Below are positions 23,197-30,626 of a stretch of DNA of 38,969 bases, in pieces (position 1 is the first letter of the stretch; each line of letters starts with the position of its first letter). The stretch spans positions 13,029-51,997 of the forward strand of contig CAZGHA010000001.1 in the NCBI GenBank assembly GCA_964525475.1. The letters are read 5' to 3'. A program made the position numbers and the translations under genes. Source of the stretch: an uncultured Candidatus Saccharibacteria bacterium (lineage in GTDB: Bacteria; Patescibacteriota; WWE3; UBA101185; UBA10185). A model generated the notes under the pieces. The model worked only from the letters and a program-made list of their open reading frames with translations, had not been told where the DNA came from and made no database searches.

Positions 23197-24916
23197 ACGA
23201 GGAGTACTCGTTACCTTCAAAATCTTTAAAAATAATTTTTTCCAAATCCTTTTTTACATATATGTAAATTGTTCCTCCTTGGGGAATGAGTTTTCCTCCG
23301 ACCTCGTAAGCTGTAACTTTTCCGATGTTTTCGATTCTTAGTTTGATATTTTTCTTAAAAATTTCCAATGGGCTAAAATTAAAAACCTTATTAATTTTTA
23401 AAATTGGCTCAAAATTTTCGTCAAATGTTTTTTGTGATAAAGCTACTTCAATAAGTTTTTCGCTTTCTGAAAATCTGTATGTTCCGGCCGGAAAAGGATT
23501 TTCAGAATCCTTCCCTTTTACTACAAATGAAAAATGATTTGTGTCTAGTTTTGAAAAATAATCTATTCCTGATGTAGTTCCCCAAGTTGGATCAATCTGC
23601 ACCCAACCATAATATGAATCATAAAATTCAGCCCAGGAGTGTAGAAAATCTCCACCATTAAGATTTATTGATATTGGCTTACTGGAGTCATCTGAAGTAA
23701 AAGCAAACCCGTTTATTTCTCTGGCGGGTATTCCCATAGCTCTGGCAGTCGCTACAAAAATATCTGTAAATTCCATGCACGTCCAGGAATTTTTCTGAGA
23801 TGCTACCGCTTCAGCTCCTTTTCTTTCCACCATTCCTTTGTTAGGAGCTTCAAAATCATAGGTAAGGTTGTTTACAATAAAATCATATATTTTTTTAGCA
23901 TTCTTAGTTACGCTCTCATCCTTATTAATTAATTCAGTAGCTATGTCTTGAACATAGGGGGAGCTTGTTTCCCAGAACTTTTTTTCTTTAGTGTAGTTTT
24001 TAACAATTTTTTTAGGTAACTCATCAAAACTTCCACCAAAATTCTGGTTTATTTGTTTTCCGTACAATCTCGCAGTTCCGATTGTTTCAATTTCTAGTTT
24101 TTGTTTTGGTTTTAAAAAATATGAGGCAATTAAATTTCCATCCACATCAATTTTTACTTTTCTAGGCTTTGGGGTAATTTTATCGTAACTAACGTTTTGA
24201 TACTCTTTTATGTCTGAAGGTAATGCTATTTCTTTAATCGCGGGAAGAATCAAAAGGTTTTCTATCTGATATTTGATTTTGAAGTTAATTGGTTGAAATC
24301 CTCCAAATCCGGCACTTATTCCTGTCGATTGAAAGGTGTCTTTTGTAAAGTAAAAAATGTTATTGTTCTCGTCACTTTTTTCAATTGTTGGGGTAGGGGA
24401 GAGATAGACTTTTTCTCCAAAGGATTTGGGAACTGTGATTTTAATGTCATAAACGCTTGTTAATTCAGGAATTTGAATTTTAGGTATACTAATATTCCAA
24501 ATATTTCCAGATTTGGTGGCAATGCTTTTGGTTTTGTATTTCAATGTAATTTTGTTTTGTCTTCCTTCTCCAATCGCGTAATCTTTAATAGTCACTGATA
24601 TGGTCGTGTCGTTGTTTTCTTGGTTAAGTCTGGGGATTGTCTCTTTTCCATTTGTTTCGGCAGATACGTCATAAATCTCTAATTGCTTTGCTGAAAAACT
24701 AAAGCTTGTAGGGATGACGTCGTTTTGGAGACTCGTAATTGTTGAAATCTGTGTAACGGTAGTTTCTCCAGACTCATCGATATCGTAATCTAAATTGTAG
24801 TCTATTAAAAACTGCTCGTTTAACGCTTTAGAAAATGGAGATAAAAATAAAAATATTAGAAAGTAGATTAATAAAGTTGAGGCAGTATTTTTCTTTTTGT
24901 GGAAGAGATGACTCAT
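23183..24916 (-). CDS. secreted/anchored transglutaminase-like protein
   Basis: N-terminal signal or anchor (KKKNTASTLLIYFLIFLFLSPFSKA). Transglutaminase-core Cys-His-Asp pattern: NSWTCMEFTDIFVATARAMGIPAR, DFLHSWAEFY, GWVQIDPT. Confidence 0.75.
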   Translation of the reverse strand: MSHLFHKKKNTASTLLIYFLIFLFLSPFSKALNEQFLIDYNLDYDIDESGETTVTQISTITSLQNDVIPTSFSFSAKQLEIYDVSAETNGKETIPRLNQENNDTTISVTIKDYAIGEGRQNKITLKYKTKSIATKSGNIWNISIPKIQIPELTSVYDIKITVPKSFGEKVYLSPTPTIEKSDENNNIFYFTKDTFQSTGISAGFGGFQPINFKIKYQIENLLILPAIKEIALPSDIKEYQNVSYDKITPKPRKVKIDVDGNLIASYFLKPKQKLEIETIGTARLYGKQINQNFGGSFDELPKKIVKNYTKEKKFWETSSPYVQDIATELINKDESVTKNAKKIYDFIVNNLTYDFEAPNKGMVERKGAEAVASQKNSWTCMEFTDIFVATARAMGIPAREINGFAFTSDDSSKPISINLNGGDFLHSWAEFYDSYYGWVQIDPTWGTTSGIDYFSKLDTNHFSFVVKGKDSENPFPAGTYRFSESEKLIEVALSQKTFDENFEPILKINKVFNFSPLEIFKKNIKLRIENIGKVTAYEVGGKLIPQGGTIYIYVKKDLEKIIFKDFEGNEYSSSISN

Positions 24917-24923
24917 CTATCAA

Positions 24924-24933
24924 ATGCTACAAT
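24924..24933. promoter_or_regulatory. overlapping back-to-back -10 boxes (transglutaminase-like gene / uvrC)
   Basis: ATGCTACAAT. TAGCAT on the minus strand (24929-24924) is 7 nt before ATG 24916. TACAAT on the plus strand (24928-24933) is 6 nt before GTG 24940. Confidence 0.35.
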
Positions 24934-24939
24934 AACTGT

Positions 24940-26295
24940 GTGAAAACCTCAAATCTTAAAGAAAAAGTTGATAAGTTACCACAGACGCCGGGGTCGTATA
25001 TTTTTAAGGATAATTCCGGAAAAGTTATATATGTAGGTAAAGCAAAAAACTTAAAATCACGAGTTAAATCTTATTTTTCTTTGCAGGCTTCGTCTGATTT
25101 CAAAACAGCAGAACTTGTCAAAAGGATTAACGACCTTGATTTTATAAAAGTAGATTCGGAGTTTGAAGCAATTATTTTAGAAGCAGAATTAATTAAAAAA
25201 TACAGACCGAAGTACAACATTGTTTTAAAGGACGATCGTTCAAAAATTTATATTGTAATAAGAAATGACCAAATTTTGTTTTCGGGAAAAAAATATCGTT
25301 TACCAAAAATAGTTACCGCAAGAAAACCCGAGCTTCTGGATTCGGATATTGTATTTGGTCCCTATCCCAACAACACAGTGGTGAAAAAGATCTTAGAAAC
25401 ATCAAGAAAAATATTTCCCTTTAGAGATTGTAATTCATCTAAATTTGCCAAATACAGAAAAGTTAATTCTCCGTGTCTTTATGGTCATATGGGAATTTGC
25501 CCATCTCCGTGCGTTCTTAACGATCCCAAAAACCTTAAAAATTACCAAAAAAATATTTCAGGGTTGAAAAAAATTCTTTCTGGAAAGGCTTCGAGCCTAA
25601 TTAAAGGTATTGAAAAGAAAATGAAAATCTCTTCAGGTAATGAAAATTTTGAGGATGCGGCAACTTACAGAGATCTTTTAGAAAAATTTTATTATGTTCA
25701 AAAAACATTCAGAGAAGCCGAAGAGTATATAAACAACCCATTTTTAGTTGATGAAATAACCAAAAAATCATTACAGGAAATTATGGAGTTTTTACCTTTC
25801 TTGAAAAACCTTCCAAAAAGAATCGAGTGTTACGACATATCTAATATTTCCGGAAAAGAAGCAGTTGGTTCTATGGTTGTAGCAATAAACGGTAGAATTG
25901 AAAAAAGCGAGTACAGAAGATTTAGAATAAAGTTTAAACAAACCCCCGATGATTTTGGAATGATGTATGAGGTCTTATCAAGAAGGTTAAGTAGGGAAAA
26001 AGTTGGTAAGGATGAAAAAAGCTGGGGTGTGCCGGATTTAATAATTGTTGATGGTGGCAGACCTCAAGTTTCCGCGGGAGACCAAGTGTTAAAAGATTTA
26101 AATTTAGATATTCCTCTTGTTGGTTTAGCAAAAAAATTTGAAGCTTTAGTTTACAAAGATGGGTCTGAATTTATTGAAAAACAGTTTCCAAAAGATAGTT
26201 TTGGTATGAAGCTTGTTATCAACTTAAGAGACGAGTCTCACAGGTTTGCTCAAAGCTATCATCACTTATTAAGAAAGAAATCTTTTCTTAAGTAA
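24940..26295 (+). CDS. uvrC: excinuclease ABC subunit C (short form, no C-terminal HhH domain)
   Basis: From GTG 24940 the N-terminus VKTSNLKEKVDKLPQTPGSYIFKD..VIYVGKAKNLKSRVKSYF is a standard GIY-YIG start. UVR domain (FEDAATYRDLLEKF) and RNase-H-like endonuclease domain (ECYDISNISG, IIVDGGRPQV) are present. The protein ends just after LRDESHRFAQSYHHLLR. Confidence 0.85.
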   Translation: MKTSNLKEKVDKLPQTPGSYIFKDNSGKVIYVGKAKNLKSRVKSYFSLQASSDFKTAELVKRINDLDFIKVDSEFEAIILEAELIKKYRPKYNIVLKDDRSKIYIVIRNDQILFSGKKYRLPKIVTARKPELLDSDIVFGPYPNNTVVKKILETSRKIFPFRDCNSSKFAKYRKVNSPCLYGHMGICPSPCVLNDPKNLKNYQKNISGLKKILSGKASSLIKGIEKKMKISSGNENFEDAATYRDLLEKFYYVQKTFREAEEYINNPFLVDEITKKSLQEIMEFLPFLKNLPKRIECYDISNISGKEAVGSMVVAINGRIEKSEYRRFRIKFKQTPDDFGMMYEVLSRRLSREKVGKDEKSWGVPDLIIVDGGRPQVSAGDQVLKDLNLDIPLVGLAKKFEALVYKDGSEFIEKQFPKDSFGMKLVINLRDESHRFAQSYHHLLRKKSFLK

Positions 26296-26296
26296 C

Positions 26297-26326
26297 TTGT
26301 AACTTATATACCCTTGGCCTTATAAT
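26297..26326 (+). promoter_or_regulatory. promoter of the second dcw block (holin-like-secG-murA-mraY...)
   Basis: TTGTAA 26297-26302, 18-nt spacer, TATAAT 26321-26326, 9 nt to ATG 26336. Confidence 0.5.
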
Positions 26327-26335
26327 TTAATCAAT

Positions 26336-26740
26336 ATGAAAAATATATTACGCCCGTTGGTATATACATTAATTTCTTTATATACCGCCCAGTTGGCGAT
26401 AGGAGCTTTTTCATATTCTCAAGATAAGACAGCCTATTTAGTAATTCTTGCATTATCCATGTTGTATTTTTTTCTAAGGCCGGTCATATCAGTTGTTTCT
26501 CTACCTACCAAGGGGAGTGTGTTTTTCCTTATTTGTTTTATTTCGAGCTCTATAGTACTCTACGCTTTAAAAAATATTCTTCCTGACTTAGATTTTGTAC
26601 CAGTTACCTTGCAAAGTTTGAATATTTTTGGGCGTGTGTTACCATCTAAAGACTTGGATAGTCTCTGGTCAATGATATTTTCTGCCTTTTTGACAAGTGC
26701 AGTTTATTTATTTTTAGAAAGTTTATCTAGAAGGAAATAA
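26336..26740 (+). CDS. small integral membrane protein, possibly Phage_holin_4_2 (DUF360)-like
   Basis: 134 aa with 3-4 hydrophobic helices. FLRPVISVVSLPTKGSVFFLICFISSSIVLYAL resembles the ..RPil..lslP..lltlGlf.. core of that family as I recall it. Only 1 nt separates it from secG. Confidence 0.5.
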   Translation: MKNILRPLVYTLISLYTAQLAIGAFSYSQDKTAYLVILALSMLYFFLRPVISVVSLPTKGSVFFLICFISSSIVLYALKNILPDLDFVPVTLQSLNIFGRVLPSKDLDSLWSMIFSAFLTSAVYLFLESLSRRK

Positions 26741-26741
26741 T

Positions 26742-26960
26742 ATGTTGGGTTTTGCAAAAATATTACAATTAGTCGTTTCCGGTCTTTTGATAGTTCTTGT
26801 TCTAATACAATCCAAATCATCGGGATTATCTTCAACCCTCAAAAGTTCTTTTAACATGTATAGGTCACTCAGAGGTTTTGAAAAGATAATTTTTGTTTTA
26901 ACTGTAGTGTTAGGGTCCTTATTGGTACTAAATTCCTTGGCCATCGTTTTGTTAAGCTAA
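26742..26960 (+). CDS. secG: preprotein translocase subunit SecG
   Basis: 72 aa, two TM helices, characteristic LIVLVLIQSKSSGLSS (compare the LLQ.gKg.Gl motif). Confidence 0.6.
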   Translation: MLGFAKILQLVVSGLLIVLVLIQSKSSGLSSTLKSSFNMYRSLRGFEKIIFVLTVVLGSLLVLNSLAIVLLS

Positions 26961-26961
26961 T

Positions 26962-28296
26962 ATGCCTGGAATATTTATTGAAGGGGGCAACCCTTTAATG
27001 GGTACCGTATCCGTTTCAGGGGCTAAAAATTCTGCCTCGAAATTAATCTTTGCTGCGATGTTTTCCAATGATGATGTAATCTTAACCAATGTCCCAAAGA
27101 TAAAAACAATTTTAGATGATATTGAGATTATTCGAAGTGTTGGAGGTAAGGCAGAGTGGTTGGGAGGAAATACCCTGTCTTTAAGTGGATGTCAAATAAA
27201 CACATACGAAATTCCAAAAGAAATTGGTGAGAAATTTAGGACCGCTTCGCTTTTGATAGGGCCCTTGCTTTTTAGATTTGGTAAGGCGGTTTTACCAAAA
27301 TTTAAATCTGTAGACGATAGAGCGAGACCTATAAACAGATTCGTCGACACATGGAAATCTCTTGGATTTAGAGTAGAGGGAGATGATGATTATATAAAGG
27401 TTTACAACGATGGTTCAGCAACAGGATGTAGTATAAATTTTAAAATTACTAGTCACACGGCTACAGATAATGCCATCATATCTTCTGTTTTTGTTCCCGG
27501 AGAAACTAATATTTCCAGAGCTTCCGAAGAGCCCGAGGTGGATGATTTAATAAATTTCTTAAACTCGATGGGGGCTTCAATTGAGAAGATTGAAACAGGT
27601 AAGATAAAAATTACGGGTATGAGTATATTTAAAGATACATCTTTTGAGATTTGTTCTGATAAATCTGAGATAGCTACATTTGCTGCTTTAGCTGTGCTTA
27701 CTAGAGGAAATATTTCAATTAAAAACATAGATAGAGACCTAGTTCTTCAGTTCATAAACTTTCTTAATAAAATTGGAGCTCGTTTTGAATTTTCAGAGAA
27801 CGAACTTAGGGTTTGGAGACACGAGGAAGATTTAGCACCACAGAACTTGGAGATCTCCCCAGCTCCTGGATTTCTCCCGGAATGGCAGTCATTAGCCGTT
27901 CTACTTCTAACTCAGGCAAGTGGCGAAAGCATTGTTCATGATACGGTGCATGTAGATAAATTTGGTTACTGTCTTGATCTAAACAGGATGGGGGCGAAAA
28001 TAGATATAACCGTGCCTTCGGAGGTTGGTTTGGCTTATGTTGTAAGTGACGATTCTTACGATATCGAAAAAGAGGGTGAGCCGAAGACAATTGCAAAAAT
28101 TACAGGCCCTTCTAAGTTGAAGGGTGAGAGACTTACCATTGAAAATTTTAACTATGGGGCTGTTTTGGTTTTAGCGGCACTTTGTGCTGAGGGAAAAAGT
28201 GAGATAATAGGAATTGAGAATGTGAGTTGTTATTTTGAAGATTTTGTTGATAAACTTATATCGTTAGGAGCAAAAATATGGGAACAGTCGGATTAA
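26962..28296 (+). CDS. murA: UDP-N-acetylglucosamine 1-carboxyvinyltransferase-like (divergent MurA)
   Basis: GTVSVSGAKNSASKLIFAAMFS..VILTNVPKIKTILDD, FRTASLLIGPLLFRFG and ARP align to E. coli MurA (Lys22, Arg91, Arg120). By hand alignment the Cys115 and Arg397 equivalents are not conserved. Confidence 0.7.
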   Translation: MPGIFIEGGNPLMGTVSVSGAKNSASKLIFAAMFSNDDVILTNVPKIKTILDDIEIIRSVGGKAEWLGGNTLSLSGCQINTYEIPKEIGEKFRTASLLIGPLLFRFGKAVLPKFKSVDDRARPINRFVDTWKSLGFRVEGDDDYIKVYNDGSATGCSINFKITSHTATDNAIISSVFVPGETNISRASEEPEVDDLINFLNSMGASIEKIETGKIKITGMSIFKDTSFEICSDKSEIATFAALAVLTRGNISIKNIDRDLVLQFINFLNKIGARFEFSENELRVWRHEEDLAPQNLEISPAPGFLPEWQSLAVLLLTQASGESIVHDTVHVDKFGYCLDLNRMGAKIDITVPSEVGLAYVVSDDSYDIEKEGEPKTIAKITGPSKLKGERLTIENFNYGAVLVLAALCAEGKSEIIGIENVSCYFEDFVDKLISLGAKIWEQSD

Positions 28297-29378
28297 TACT
28301 AGATCTCTTATTATTATTCTTGTCGTGTTTGATATCCTTGGCTTTGTATCCTCTTTGGATAGATTTTGTTTATAGATTTCAAATGGGTGAGAGAATTAGG
28401 GAGGACGGTCCTCTTAGTCACAAAAGAAAAGAAGGTACACCTACAATGGGCGGAATGGTGTTTGTTTTTACAGTTGCTGTTGTAAGCCTGATTTTCAATC
28501 GTTCCAGAACACAAACCCTTTTTCCTTTACTTATAGCAACAACAGCCGGTCTTCTTGGGATGTTAGAGGATTTTACCAAAGTTTACAAAAAGTCGGGGTT
28601 ACCGGGATTTTTTCAATATCATTTAGGAAGATTTTTTAGAAAAAGGTCGGAAGGTTTTTTGAAAATTGGAATATTCGGAAAAATTTGGTCTTTGTTTAAG
28701 GAAGCATCTAGAGTTGTTGGAAGTTCAGATGACAGTGGCATTCAAACGTATAAAAAATTTATATTTCAGGGTTTGATTGCAGGCTTCGTTTCTTATTGGA
28801 CATATTTTAAACTTGGGTGGGATTATATTTGGTTTCCGTTTTTAGGAAATGTGCACATAGGGATAGGGTACCCTATTTTTATCTTTTTACTTTTTATCGC
28901 GATATTAAATGCAGTGGCTTTTACGGACGGTCTTGATGGTTTAGCTGGAGGCCTTGCTTTAATATCTTTTATTTCCTTTTGGCTTTTATCAAGAATACTT
29001 GGATATAATTCTTTAGCCGGTTTTTGCGCGACTTTTGTCGGGGCAATGATACCTTTTTTGTATTTTAATATTTTTCCGGCAAGGGTTTTTATGGGTAACG
29101 TGGGATCTTACGTGCTAGGTGCCGTCATGGCTATTCTTGCAGTTGTAATGCATAGAGAAATAGCTTTCCTTTTTATTGGAATGATGTTTATCGTAGACGG
29201 AATTTCAAGTCCTCTTCAACAAATAGTTTATAAAATTACTCACAAAAGACTTTTTAGAATGGCCCCTATTCACCATCACTTTGAAGTTTTGGGTTGGCCT
29301 GAAACTAAAATTACCTTAAGGTTTATTCTTTTCGGAGTGTTTTTTGCATTTGTAGGTATTTTCGTATCAATCCTTTAA
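28278..29378 (+). CDS. mraY: phospho-N-acetylmuramoyl-pentapeptide transferase
   Basis: HKRKEGTPTMGG, NAVAFTDGLDGLAGG, PIHHHFE. Overlaps murA by 19 nt. SD AGGAG 7 nt upstream. Confidence 0.85.
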   Translation: MGTVGLILDLLLLFLSCLISLALYPLWIDFVYRFQMGERIREDGPLSHKRKEGTPTMGGMVFVFTVAVVSLIFNRSRTQTLFPLLIATTAGLLGMLEDFTKVYKKSGLPGFFQYHLGRFFRKRSEGFLKIGIFGKIWSLFKEASRVVGSSDDSGIQTYKKFIFQGLIAGFVSYWTYFKLGWDYIWFPFLGNVHIGIGYPIFIFLLFIAILNAVAFTDGLDGLAGGLALISFISFWLLSRILGYNSLAGFCATFVGAMIPFLYFNIFPARVFMGNVGSYVLGAVMAILAVVMHREIAFLFIGMMFIVDGISSPLQQIVYKITHKRLFRMAPIHHHFEVLGWPETKITLRFILFGVFFAFVGIFVSIL

Positions 29379-29396
29379 AATTAAATAATCAATAAA

Positions 29397-30578
29397 ATGA
29401 GAAAAAAAGCGTCTCGAAAAAAATATAGTGATAGTAAATCCTTTGTATTTCTAGTTTTAGCTTTTTTGGCGTTTGGTCTTCTGATGATAGCTGATTCAAC
29501 TTCAATTTCCTCAAATAATTTATATGGGGACCCTTATAGATTTGTTTTTTTACAAGCAACGTGGGCGGCAGTTGGTTTAGTATTTTTTTATATTTTTTAC
29601 CATTTAGATTACAGAAGTTTGATGAGAATTTCACGATCTCTTTTTATTTTTAATCTTTTGGCGTTGGTTGCTTTGGCTATCATTGGATTAATGCCTTGTT
29701 CCACGTCCATTTCTTTTTCCCCGTGCGTTAATGGTGCCAACAGATGGTTATATTTAAATCCTTCGCCACTTCCAGCCGTCCCGTTTTTAGGGGTATTGGG
29801 ATTTCAGCCTGGAGAATTAGCTAAATTATCCGTAATTCTTTATCTATCTTCTCAACTTAGTTTAATAATGCAAAAAGATAAATCAGCGAAAGATAAAAAA
29901 CCTTTCGAGACATACTTAAAAATTACCACTTTACTTGCCGGTCTAATAATTTTTCAGCCAAACATGTCTACGGCGGCAATGGTGTTTACATTAGGAACGG
30001 TGGTGTATTTTGTATCGGGAGCACCACTAAAGCCGGTTTTAATAACGATTCCAATATTTTTATTACTGGCTGTTTTGGTTATTGTTTCCTCTCCTTACAG
30101 AATGTCTAGATTAAAGGCTTTGATGTCAGGTGATGAGGAGGGAAGTGAGTCCAGTTATCATGTAAAGCAGGCTTTAGTAGCGCTTGGATCAGGAGGATTT
30201 TTTGGCGTGGGCTTTGGTCAATCCAAACAAAAATATCAATATTTGCCGGAAGTGGCTTCTGACTCGATATTTGCCATTATTGGCGAGGAGTTTGGTTTTA
30301 TTGGGACTGTGTTAGTTATATCCGCTTACGGTTATTTTATTTATAAGGGTTTTCGTATAGCCAAAAAATCCGAGGATTTGTTCGGAAAACTTGTGTCCAT
30401 CGGGATCAGTTCTTGGCTTGGTATCCAGTTTTTTATAAATATTGCTTCGATGACAAAACTAATCCCTATGACCGGTGTGCCAATCCCTTTAATTTCTTAC
30501 GGTGGTTCTTCAATGCTTTTTAGTTTGATAGGTTTAGGAATTTTGGCAAATATTCAAAAGAACTCAGTATTGGAATAA
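29397..30578 (+). CDS. ftsW: SEDS-family lipid II polymerase/flippase FtsW
   Basis: About 10 TM helices. Contains FQPGELAKL, LPEVASDSIFAIIGEEFGFIG and PMTGVPIPLISYGGSS. Position between mraY and murG. Confidence 0.8.
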   Translation: MRKKASRKKYSDSKSFVFLVLAFLAFGLLMIADSTSISSNNLYGDPYRFVFLQATWAAVGLVFFYIFYHLDYRSLMRISRSLFIFNLLALVALAIIGLMPCSTSISFSPCVNGANRWLYLNPSPLPAVPFLGVLGFQPGELAKLSVILYLSSQLSLIMQKDKSAKDKKPFETYLKITTLLAGLIIFQPNMSTAAMVFTLGTVVYFVSGAPLKPVLITIPIFLLLAVLVIVSSPYRMSRLKALMSGDEEGSESSYHVKQALVALGSGGFFGVGFGQSKQKYQYLPEVASDSIFAIIGEEFGFIGTVLVISAYGYFIYKGFRIAKKSEDLFGKLVSIGISSWLGIQFFINIASMTKLIPMTGVPIPLISYGGSSMLFSLIGLGILANIQKNSVLE

Positions 30579-30626
30579 AACATTTTTATAGATTAAAATG
30601 TTTTTAAAGATTAAAATGAGTCATCT

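Noticed and set aside
24835-24939. ATG at 24835 as the uvrC start (as in the ORF track)
   Set aside because: It would overlap the divergent transglutaminase-like gene by 82 nt. It would also add 35 residues (MEIKIKILESRLIKLRQYFSFCGRDDSSIKCYNNC) with no resemblance to UvrC. GTG 24940 gives the canonical GIY-YIG N-terminus and has a -10 box 6 nt upstream.
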